64,000 nt of DNA from Amoebidium appalachense. Lineage: Eukaryota; Protista; Ichthyosporea. Below are positions 26,932-64,000 of the stretch, in pieces. The stretch spans positions 10,439,728-10,503,727 of the forward strand of contig CAVNZM010000005.1 of NCBI GenBank assembly GCA_963693365.1, written 5' to 3'. The notes under the pieces were generated by a model that worked only from the letters and a program-made list of their open reading frames with translations, made no database searches and was not told where the DNA came from. Both the position numbers and the translations under genes were made by a program. Position 1 is the stretch's first letter. Every line of letters begins with the position of its first letter.

Positions 26932-28651
26932 GGGGGAGGATGCAGAACACGGCATGAACCACAACTACACCATGAAAATGAGAAACACAAAGCAGAACAC
27001 ATGGTGAAGAATAAACATCCAAATATGCAACATAAGCAGAAAACATCATCGCGGGGAGAGGGGGAGGGGGGTTTATACCTTTAATAAGGTCTGCCGGGCT
27101 GGCTATAAGTTGACTGAGTGCACCAGAAGTGAAGCCGGCAGCCATACGTTCGTAATGACGGGGACTAGAACTGTGGCCCTCTAGATGTGCCCTGGGGGAG
27201 AAAAAAAAAATAATAATAAAAAACAGGAAGAAAGTGTTTAGAAAGTGTATGTTATAGGTTTCGAAGAAGAGGGAGGGCTCAAGTGGAGAGGGTTATGCAT
27301 ATGTAGTTTAGGTAGGCGGATGCAGTACACAGATTTGAGCAGAGGTCAAGGGGCGGAGCCCGGGGGAGGGGGGGGGGGGGGGGGGGGGAATGCAAAAGAG
27401 AGAAGCAAGATGTCAGAACAATGCAGCACCTATGGGGTGTTACTAGCAAAGTAGTGTGTGCCGACTCATGACGACATAGTGCAAAAAACAAAACAAAAAA
27501 CATGTGAAATTTGCAGGAAACAAGCCGGAGCAGGTAGGTGAGGTGTGAGAAGAGAGAGAAGTTCCGCGGCGCTTGCATTTGTCCTGTACATGTAGGTGTG
27601 TAAGTACGTCAAATGTGTGCAGACTTCCTCACGTGCCAACCATTTTACGTGTTAGTACAAGAGTACAAGACTTCCGTTTGGTTCCAAAGGAGGGGGAGGG
27701 GGGGGGGGGGGGGGGGTTCAATACCGAAAATTTTCGTACAGGAGCACACGTGTTGGGGTGTATATCACGTGACGCACCAGGGCTGGAGCTATGCCCCGAT
27801 ACAGTCCCCGTGCCCCCTCCGTGGTCACTATCAGGCGGGCGGTGGCCAGGGCTCCTAATCTCTGCATTAAAAATTTCAGTAAGATTTAGCAAATCTTCAC
27901 GGCTTTTCTGGTACAGATTTGGACAGTGCCTTCGAATTTACTCCAAAATGCTTTGAAACAATGGGCCAAGAGCAAAAACCAACTCCTGAGCCAGGGAACC
28001 CAAAAAGCCAGAAACTTTAGTGAGTCAAAGGGGGGCGCCAGCAGGCAGACAGAAGGTGAGAAAAATAGGCATAGTTGCATGTTCACACAAACAAACACAC
28101 ACAGCCCTGCACACACGCACACGCACGTACACGCACGCACACGCACACAGACACACAGAGACACACACACACACACACACATTTTGGCAATAATGTGTCG
28201 TGCGAAGTCGTGGTTAACGCATCGTTGAAAGGGGTGTGCATGTCCACAGGCCCGTGCGCACACACCCGTATATGCGTATGCAAGTGCGTATGTGTGTGTG
28301 TGTGCATGTGTGTGTGCATGAGTTTGTCTTCCCGGGGGAAAAGGGGGGGGGGGGGGGGGGGGGAGAAGGGATGGACGGGTAGGGAGAGCGGCAGGAGGGA
28401 GGGAGGGGGAGAGAGGGGGGGGGGGGTTTGAATGCGTCAAAAAGTACGAAGCACACAAGGGGGGGGGGGGGGGGGGGGGGGGATATCTATACTTGTCCGC
28501 GTGCCAGAGTGACCCCCTGGCCCTGCAACTGCAATCTGGTCTTTGTCATGTCTATCGGATAGGTCGCTCCCTCGGCCGTGGCTGCTGCAAGCGCAGATAG
28601 CGCCAGGCGGGTGGGAAGGGGGGCATTCCCCTTTTGTTCGTGCGAGCTCAT
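24175..28651 (-). CDS. UCP4: Mitochondrial carrier, UCP4/SLC25A27-like, about 304 aa, 6 exons (28651-28493, 27861-27725, 27191-27079, 25993-25787, 24979-24848, 24341-24175)
   Basis: Three carrier signatures ([30 protein letters not shown]), plus [14 protein letters not shown] and a C-terminal [23 protein letters not shown]. All introns are GT-AG with consistent phases. Confidence 0.93.
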
Positions 28652-28795
28652 GTTTGTGTCTTTTTTTTGTGTACCGAGTGTTCTGGCGCTGGTATATGGG
28701 TCAAAGGAATGGCATGGAAGGGGGATTGGAGGGGGGGGGGTCTCTGATGAGAGCAGAGAGCGGAGAGCCGAGAGAGAGAGCGAGAGGGGGGGGCG

Positions 28796-28848
<53 letters not shown>

Positions 28849-29399
28849 GGAGAGAGAGAGAGGGAGGGAGGGAGGGAGGGAGAAAGTGTGTGTTTGTGCG
28901 TGTGTATGTGCGTGTGCGTGTGTGTCTAAGGGTGAAAGAACGAGAGATCTCAAGAGCGAAGGGGGGAGAGAGAGAGAGAGCAAGCGGGGGAGGGGGGGGA
29001 GGAGGAGGAGAGGGTGAGAGAGGGAGGGAGGATAGCGAGGGAGAGGAGGAGAGAAGGAGAGAGATGGGAAGAGAGAGAGAGACAGGATGGAGAGAGAGAG
29101 AGCGAGAGAAAGAGAGAGAGAGGGGAGAGAGAGAGAGAGTGAGAGAGAGTGAGAGAGAGTGAGAGAGAGAGAGAGTGTGTGTGTGTGGGTGCTCGGAGAG
29201 TGAGTTGTGCGTGTATGTGTGTGTGTATGCGTGTGTGTGTGCGGTGAGCGTTATACAGCTGTGGCAGTCTGGATGTTCTTTACACAAGCATATAACACTA
29301 TATAAGCCACTGAGATCTATCTTTTCAGTGAATCTTTTCTTTTCTATGTTCCATATGATGTTGCCGTCTTCTTTTTCTTGGCTCTAGCTTGGCTTGTGC

Positions 29400-30100
29400 C
29401 TGTGCCTGCGCAGTTTTCGGATCATCATCAGATCAAAACAATGAGCTCAAAAATGAGTCGTAGCCAATCAATCTCTTCCCGCGTGATATTAAACATATTC
29501 CTATTGGTTTAGCCTGTCCGTAAGAGACCAATAGGAAATCGGTCAAATACACCGTTTTCTGATTATCTACTATTCTTAAAAACCCATTCGGCAAGGCTCA
29601 ATAAGACACCCAAAGGTTGCCGTTCCCCCCATTTTACACGATTAGATCAAAATACCCGGTTTTCTCTATCAATTGTAGAAATGCTGATTGGGTTGATGAA
29701 AACAAACCGTTTTTCAACGCCGCACAGCTGCGCACAAGCTTTGGGTTTGGTGGGTGACGCTGTGTTTTTTTCGTGTTTTTGTATGTTACGCGGTTTGCAA
29801 ACAAGAAGAAAAAAAATAGGATAACCAGGAAAAAATGCCTAACAAAAGATCAACTGACATGTAAAATATGCAGTGGTCTTTAGCCCCTTCACCTGTCAAA
29901 AATCAAAAAAATCAGGGAAGATCGTTCTTCGTTTGGACTGTTGTCTCCGTAAATGTTTAAATTTTTCACGTTACGCAGCTAAAAACTCTGCCGTTCACCC
30001 TCTTGCTACCTGTTTCTTCGTTGCCATTACCCTACCCCTACCCTTCATCCTATCGTCTTTCGGGTTGATTTACCCATTCTGCCCCACCGTTGTCTCGTCT
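29400..30100. promoter_or_regulatory. Probable bidirectional promoter between UCP4-like and RNR
   Basis: A repeat-free interval between head-to-head genes with several CCAAT/ATTGG boxes (about 29464, 29503, 29528, 29687). Confidence 0.5.
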
Positions 30101-30183
30101 TTCTAAAACACCACGCACATGTTTCCTTGTATTTCATCAAAGCTAAACAACGCCCACTCAAAGCTTCAGCACAGGACAACAAA

Positions 30184-43323
<13,140 letters not shown>

Positions 43324-43355
43324 ATTTCAAGAGCCCCCCCTCCCTCCCCCCTCCT

Positions 43356-43402
<47 letters not shown>

Positions 43403-44645
43403 GTTTCTTCCTGACATTTGGAGAGCTTCTGTGACTACCTTCTATATTTGTGCTCAACGGTGGCAGAGAAATCGCCGGCAGATATGATCATTCTGATAAT
43501 CATATGCATCGCCGCACAGCGTCTCTTTCTGCCTTTTTTTTTTTTTCCCCTTGTCTGGTCGTATTTTTTGTTGAAGAGGTCTTGGAAAATGCAATGGCTG
43601 GTAACTTCAGCAGCGATGATCTGTACGATGATAATTAGAAGATATACATTTGCGAGATATACCACTTGGATATATCCAAGGGGTTTAGACAGATATACAA
43701 ATACACATGGGTATCAATTATCATGATGCAATTAACACAGGCTATCACGTAGATATTCAAATACATGGGCTATCACTTACATACAATGCAATGAATTATA
43801 CAGGTAGAGATTTTCTGCCTACAGTACAATTTATGTATCGAGTTGTCCATATGTCGGTAAGAATCTCATGAAGATATGATGATTATTGCTTCCCGCTGGC
43901 TGCCGTGTCACCCACAGTATCTTGCACAGTTACTGTATTTACATTGTTTTTTTTTTTTTGTTTTTTTTGGAAACATCCAATGTGATATGCTGATGTTTCC
44001 GTCCTGTGATAGATATATCTGCACAATGGCTGAAGTATGCTACGGTATGTGTGGATAGTGATCACAGGAGAAAAAACAATCGAATATTATTTGTGGTGCT
44101 GGCAACCCGGAGTTGTCTGGTGCAAGTGCAGATTATATATGGGGCAGAAGTGCGGATGCATCTGCCTGTCTATTGTTCATACTGCATACTGTCCGGAAGT
44201 TTGTGTACGCAAATCGTTGATGCATAATGATTACCTATCCTGCCCCCCCCCGAAAAACACACACACACACACACACACACATACACACACACACACACAT
44301 GTACATGCGCGTGCGCGTACACACACACACATGCACACGCGACGTGCACACACACACACACACAGTCACAGCCACGTTAATGTACACCCCATCCTCTTCT
44401 CCCCCCCCATGGTGTGCACAGACCTCATCGTTGATTCTTCTGAACACTCGCAAGTTTCTCACTTGGCCAAGCACACTTCCGTTGAGGTACATTCAATATT
44501 CCTTTTTGTTTCGATAGTTTTATCACTCCCACATACAGCAGCAGGGCAAGTGTGCCACCATATGCATAAAATTGCTGTGCACGTGTGACTGGCTGCAGAC
44601 AGTGAGCACACTAATGAAGTAATGCTATTCTTCACGAGCGTGCGT

Positions 44646-44712
<67 letters not shown>

Positions 44713-45121
44713 ACACATGAACACACACACACACACACACACACATGAACACACACGTGCATACACTGTGGCCGGTGGTGGTGGTCCACACAATATTGCT
44801 GTTTTTGTATGTTGTACTACTTTTCTCTGTGCACCCGTGAGGTTGGCGGTTAGTAATTGATGAAATTTTTATTTGTATAAATAACCTGCACCAACACAGG
44901 CTACTATTGAATGCCTACATAACCGATACCTGTAAACGTTGGACCAAATCTTCATCATCTGTTTTACATTCATGACATTGTCTACCGTTTTAGTAGACTA
45001 ACCGTCAACCTCGCGCGTGCACAGAGAAAAGCAGTAACAAAAAAGCAGCAATAAATATGAAGTCTAGATAGCGCTAGTTAATGATGGTGTACCTGTGGAT
45101 GTGTGTGTGTGGTGTGTGTGT

Positions 45122-45159
<38 letters not shown>

Positions 45160-45300
45160 TGGGGGGCTTATCAAATTTCATCCCATATTTTCCTGTCTAC
45201 CTTCACTTACTGCCTGCAATACCTGCAGGGAGTGCCCCATGCCTATACAGAAGAAATTTAAATAAGACAAACCACACCACCACACCAACACCATCAAGTC

Positions 45301-57722
<12,422 letters not shown>

Positions 57723-58395
57723 AAGTCAAATTTTGGATTGCAATCTTGACGGAATCGATATAATCAACTTGGGTTCTAGTCTGAACTGGTTATGAGGGCC
57801 TGAATGGTTGGAAGCCAAAAACTTTAACAATATTATGTACATGGATTTTATATATATTTGATGACTTTCGCATTCAATTTGTTTTAATTATCATAGTATC
57901 ATTTGGTTTGCCTGAGTACTGTGTGCACATCCAGGCTGCTTCTATTCTTATCTCATAGGCGGCTTCGAGTTCAGTGCACCTTTAGTCGACACAAATATGC
58001 TTATGTACCGTGCTCCCTGGGGTGCCCTCAAAATATATTCGTGCGCCTGCCCGCACCTATATTCCTACTTTTTTTATAGTTTTTTAGGGATTATGCGTCA
58101 CAAAGTTTTATAAAGGTGGACGGAAAATGTTCGTACATGAACATGCACATCGATACACTCTGACAATTGACAGCTTTTCGCGTTTGTAAAAACCACATGC
58201 TCGATGTACTTGCGCAAAGTAAGTTGTACAATGTCATGTACATGTATACACCAAGCAAACACATGAGCGCACAGGTACCCGGGGTTAAACGCATTCACAC
58301 CAACATGCAGCCCCCACCAATATACACGCGTGCGCATGTGTACATATGCATAACACACACACACACGCACAAGAACACTGTCACGCGCGCACGCG

Positions 58396-58453
<58 letters not shown>

Positions 58454-58478
58454 GTCACCGCAGACACACGCACACGCG

Positions 58479-58554
<76 letters not shown>

Positions 58555-59216
58555 GTCACCGCAGACACACGCACACGCGCACGCACACACACACACACGG
58601 CACACACAGGCACACGCACAAACATGCACAAAGATGCACATCGGCCTTGTCATCCACATACAATCATCCTACAGCTTATAAAACGTAAAAAAACAGTTAG
58701 GAATTTGGTTGGCAGCCCGGAAAAAAGAAATCTGCACCACCCCATGCACATGTCGTGAGATAAAAACATACCACAAGCACTCCAGCATGAGACTTCAGTA
58801 AGGTTACAGTTTATCAGTCTTTTTTTATTAATGCTTTTCCAAAGCATACAGTTGCACTCTGCTGTTAAGAGGTTACCTTGTGACCCCAGTTACATATTTA
58901 GTTTGCACCATCACCACAAAAACTTCACATCTACTACCAACTCTTACACAAAAGAAAACAAAACATTTCTACCATTTTGCTTCGACACGGAAGGGTATGG
59001 GCTATAGATCCTTATGAACTACGAGTTACATTATGACACGCTCACTCAATGGCGCATCGTAAAAAGGTTAAAAAGAAACAAAAACGGTTCACACCGAATG
59101 GGTTGGTGTCGATTAAATTCAGTTATCCAATACTGCAAACTATAGAAATCCATTCATCAGTGTCCTTGTTTGTGCAAACAACCCATGCACTTTCAACCTC
59201 AGGCTGGGTTAGGCTA

Positions 59217-59299
<83 letters not shown>

Positions 59300-59425
59300 T
59301 GTGCACGTTAACATCTAACTGTACACGGTGTGTGTGCTTGTCCGAAATATATTCAAAACACACACACACACACCCATATCGAAGTTTCGCACCACAGAAG
59401 ACACACCAAAAAGTCCCTCTAAACC

Positions 59426-60776
59426 CTATTGCCTACGCCCCGTCAACATAGATATATCATTGGATAAATTTCCAAAATCCAACCCCCCCGAAGACAACAG
59501 AGCCTCCAATTCCATCGCATTAATGTTCAAATCGGCTGAGACATTATCAAACAAAATTGGGTTATTATTATCCTGCCTGGGTGGGATAGCCGCGGCGCCC
59601 AAATTCAACTGCTGCAAACTTTGTTCCATCATATCAAACCCCCCCTGTCCACCACCACCGGGGCCCCCCAAACCTATCCTCTGGTTCTGAATGTTTTGCA
59701 TCCCCGCCGCGGGTCCCCGCTGCTGGTTGCCGCCGACAAACACCCCCTTATTTCCAATTTGCTGCTGCATCAATGGGTTAATGTTTCGGATATCCGGGCT
59801 CGTGACCCGATTCGACATCGGCATGACGTAGTTTCCGGGCCCACCCTGCATTCCCGGCGAGCTCCGCGGGCGTTGGGTGCCCCCGCCCCCTCCCAAATTC
59901 ATTCCCAAATTTCCGGCACTTGAAACCCCCCCGAGGGGTAGCATGCCAGAGTTCATAGCCCCCGGGGTGCCAGGGTTCGACATGCTTCCGGACCGCTTCA
60001 CCATACCCCCCCGACCCAACCCCCCGTTCATACCCTGTCCCATATTGCCCCTGGGTCTACCCATCTGTCCCCCTATGCCGCCGGGGTCAGCAAATTGCTC
60101 CTCGATTTCCGCGAGCGTGCCCAGCCCCTTCATCTGTCCCAAACTCGCCGCCAGCGGATTCGTTGAGCCCCCCAGCAAATTCAGGAGGTCTGGGGAGACG
60201 GGGGCGCTCTGGGGGCTTGCCTGTTTCGGCGAAAAGAACGATTGGGGAAGTTTCCGATCGCGGAGGGATTTTTGCGATCCGGATGCCGAGCCCAAAAGGG
60301 ATACGGGTCCTTGACCCGGCTCGGGGAATGAATCCGGGTCGAGCATTGAATGGGGGCCCGGTCCGGGCATTTGATTCATGTCGTCTTGGAACATGTTGAC
60401 GTTGCCCATGCCCGATTGGTTGGCAGCCTGCATGGGGGGGGAATGTGTGTGAGTGAGTGAAGGTGTGTGTGTGTGTGTGTGTGCGTGTGTGTGTGCGTGA
60501 AAGTAAGTGCACGCGTGTACATGTGTTCAGTAATATGATGTGTGTGGTGCATGGGTGATGGCATGTCTATGTGCACGTGTGCACACAGAAGGAATGCGAT
60601 GTGTGTGCACACGGAAGGAATGTGTGTGCACACGGAAGGAATGCGATGTGTGTGCACACGGAAGGAATGTGATGTGTGTGCACACGGAAGGAATGCGATG
60701 TGTGTGCCCGCATGAGTAAAGAGATGTGCGTGCATGAGTGATGGCATGTGAGTGCATGAGTGGGGGAGAAAGGAAG

Positions 60777-60816
<40 letters not shown>

Positions 60817-61113
60817 GGGGGGTAAATGCAAGAGGTCTATGTGCACGAGTGCCGGCATGTGTTTGTGGTGTAAAGCGGGGTGGGTGAGTAATGGGGGGGA
60901 TGACTGTGTGTGTGTGCATTGTAGTATAGGCGGCTGGGGGGGGGGGGGGGGGGGGGGGAGGGGGGGCTTAAGATGCGAATCAGGGCAGACACGCCCGGGG
61001 CCACAGACACACACGGAGAGAAAGAGAGAAGGGGCGGGGGGAGGGGGGGGAAGAGAAAGAGGGGGGAGGGGGGGAAGAGAGAGGGGGGGAGGGGGGGGGG
61101 GGGGGGGGGGAAA

Positions 61114-61149
<36 letters not shown>

Positions 61150-64000
61150 GAGGGAGGGAGGGAGAGAGGAAGAGGGCAGGAGGGTGGGGAGGGAGGGATG
61201 GGGGGGGGGGGGGGGGAGGGGGAGGGGGGAAGAGAGTGAGAAAAAAGGAGGGCGGGGGGGGGGGGGGGGGAGGGGGGGGGAGGGAGTGTGTGTGCGCCAA
61301 TTAAGAAGAAAGCGATATGGTGAGAGAGAGGGAGGAGACAGTGTGTGTGTGTGTGTGTATGTTCCTGAACATGTGCACACTTGGCTCAGCACTCAGGGGC
61401 GGAGGGATGCGTGTGCATGTGTTGGCCTCTACACACATTTATCATTTCCCGTATTTCTCGTGTGTGTGTGCACATGAATGCATATCCACCCCACCTGTAA
61501 AAGGGCGTTATCCAACGCAGCCACCTGTGAGTTATACAACTGCGGTAGAGATGACGTCCTCCTAACTCGGTTCTTCGGATACGGCGCCACCGCGTTTCTC
61601 TGCTGGTGCAATTTCGGGGACCCAGGGCTGTTCACGGTAAAGTCCCCCCTCCCTGCTTCCCGTGAAATTTCGCCAACGACCGCGCAAAATGGTCGTCGAC
61701 CGAAGTTGCACCGGACCCCCCGGACCCTCCCAAATTTCCACTGCCACCCCCCTGCTGTTGTTGCTGATGCTGCATTTGCATTTGTTGTTGTTGCGCGGTT
61801 CTGAGATCCACGTCCGATCCTGATCGCGGAACGGAAATTTGGGGGGTGCCAAGGTTTCCCGTATTAAACCCCGCCGGACTATTTATCATCATGTCCACAT
61901 CGTTACCGACTGTCCGTGTGCAGGGGGAGGAAGGAAGGGGGAGATTAGAAAGCGGTCATCACAACGAATTCCATATCTAAACGGTGTTACTAATCCACGA
62001 AGAATGCAACATAAACACAACACAAATGGACTGGGGAGTAGGGGAGAGAACCAAATCTTCAATCTATTCGAATTTCAACTTGGGGAGGGGGGGGGGGGGG
62101 GGGGGGGGGGGGGAGGTCGGTCTACACAGTACAATGAACAAAGATAATGAAAAAACGGTAAACGAGATTGAATGGGATGCAACAGAAGGCAAACAGGGGG
62201 GGGGGGGGTGGGGGGTGGAGATGAGAGATGAACATTGCGCAGGGGAACCCACACTCGAGTTCGACAAGTTGTACGAATAAGGCACACACACCAAAGTACA
62301 CAGATGACATGTTCACGCCACAAAGGTACCCATGCCCCCCGTATACACACACACACGTTCATACATATCTCCACTCTGCAGGTGCACCCATGTATACACA
62401 CCCACCCGTGCATTCACGCATGAGTGCATGAGCCGACTCGTTCAATTGCACGCATATACGTGATTCATCAAAGACAGCTCTACCTTAACGACTTTGTGCT
62501 ATTACAGCCGATGACTTATGCAAAAATCACATCTCACACTCGACACATTCCAAAAAGACCTAAAGACACCTTGCATGCGAACAACGTGCAAAAAGGCACA
62601 CAGCCCCGATGTAATCCTGCCTTTTCTCACTCCCTCCCCTTTGTCCCTCTAAATTCACTACCATATACCTTCTTGGCCATAATACTAAGGTGCAGGATAC
62701 TTGGGTGTTTTTGCATTTGCCCACCTATAGTCCATAAATAGCTATCTGCACAACACACGGAGGTGACACGCACATAAAGAGTGAAAAAGAGGCAGAAGGG
62801 GCAGGAGTAATTGTGCACATGCCCGTGTCGGCCACAACATACCAACATAAACACACATACACACACACACACAAGCCCCGTGCACCACACACATATACAC
62901 ACAAAGATGAACAAGAGAAAACGCAAAAGAACTTGAGATGCCCATAGGCATAGGACGCAGAGCAGTATCAAGCACACCAGGCTCCCAAAAAAGAACGTGG
63001 ATGTTTTCAGTAGAACTTCAACGGACAAATACTGGCTGGTTGTAGTGCCTAAAAGCCAATATTACTGATCAGCGACACCAGAACATTCAAGATGAAGGGA
63101 GGAACAAGGAGGCGAAGCACAGAGACAGAAAGGACGATGTAACATGTGCAAACGATGTGCACTTGTTGGGTGCAGAACAGGAAAGGTATTCGTTGGGGGG
63201 GGGTGGGGGGGTGGGGGGGAGGAAGAGAATATAGAATGAAGAGAGTATAAAATATATTCAGCGAAAAGAGAGATAAGAGCACAAAAAATAGCAGAGGGAG
63301 GGAGGGAGGACAAAAACTAGGAAGAACGCAAGGTGGTCGGATTCCAACAGCAAGAAAATGCCAATACTCCGTGTGTTGCATAGGCAAAAGGGCCAGTACG
63401 TCTTTATAAAAAAGGCTTTAAAATACGCAAACAGAACAAGGAACCCGCCCATTTTCTCAAAGTCCCCTGCCCCTTCTTCTCTGCCCTCCCCCCATTTCTC
63501 CATCTCGCTCCCATTTGGACTCTAAGACCCACCAAAATGCACATGCAATTCGACAAATTCAACAGCAAGGTGACAGCCAAAAAAGAAACCCTCGGACCGT
63601 GCTTAAGCACGCAAAAGAAATCAATGCGCCAAAGAGGCAAACAAGCAAAACGAAACCAGACTGAGCAAGACAAGTAAAGAAAGCCGGGGAGGGGAGGAGG
63701 GGAGGGAAGGGCGGGAGAGAGAAAGGGGAGGGAGGCAGGGAGGGAGAATGGAGCGCACTAACCATTATCCAGGCTACCAAGGTTTAAAATCTGCGCAAGA
63801 TCGCTGACGTCGATGTCCGCCAGTTGCATCTGCTGGCCCTGCTGCTGCTGGCCGCCAAGTGGGTTGTCTCGTATGATGTTTGCAAACTGCCCTTGCAGTT
63901 GTGCTAGCTGGGAAACGTACATTTCTGGACATGATGATTGTCTTTGACGACGCTGGCCTGGCCTGTTAAAGCCGGCCATTTTCTGCTGCTGGTTATTCAT
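59426..64000 (-). CDS. Q/G/N-rich putative TEAD cofactor with Vestigial/TDU-like and YAP-like motifs, about 551 aa, 3 exons (64000-63763, 61909-61495, 60427-59426)
   Basis: SVDDHFARSL at 61703-61674, LRDRKLPQSFFSP at about 60265-60227, several RxxS(x)P-like sites and an acidic-hydrophobic C-terminus. Splice phases are consistent after adding one G to the run at 61644-61649. The gene may extend beyond the window. Confidence 0.7.
60588..60706. repeat. Short tandem repeat, about 26-bp unit, about 5 copies, intronic
   Basis: GTGTGTGCACACGGAAGGAATGCGAT repeated. Confidence 0.8.

Overview
This is eukaryotic genomic DNA, rich in introns and packed with (CA)n/(GT)n, (CT)n and poly-C/poly-G tracts. 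Most entries in the ORF track are repeat translations and were ignored. Gene content suggests a unicellular holozoan-like protist (inference). From left to right the window holds: a decayed LINE 3' end; TIR-bounded non-autonomous DNA elements; a near-intact, very young Ty3/Gypsy chromovirus (5-bp TSD, tRNA-Arg PBS, gag and pol separated by one in-frame TAG) inserted into one copy of an inverted pair of intronless secreted Ntn-hydrolase (penicillin V acylase/choloylglycine hydrolase family) genes; and a 6-exon UCP4-like mitochondrial carrier, head-to-head with a 20-exon monomeric class II (B12-dependent) ribonucleotide reductase that has a mitochondrial-presequence-like N-terminus. Further right are a minus-strand BRCT-like gene whose exons appear interleaved with a plus-strand PRA1 gene, and a 3-exon low-complexity protein carrying both a Vestigial/TDU-like motif (SVDDHFARSL) and a YAP-like omega-loop motif (LRDRKLPQSFFSP). 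All gene models were spliced by hand. Several single-base frameshifts fall in homopolymers and may be sequencing errors.
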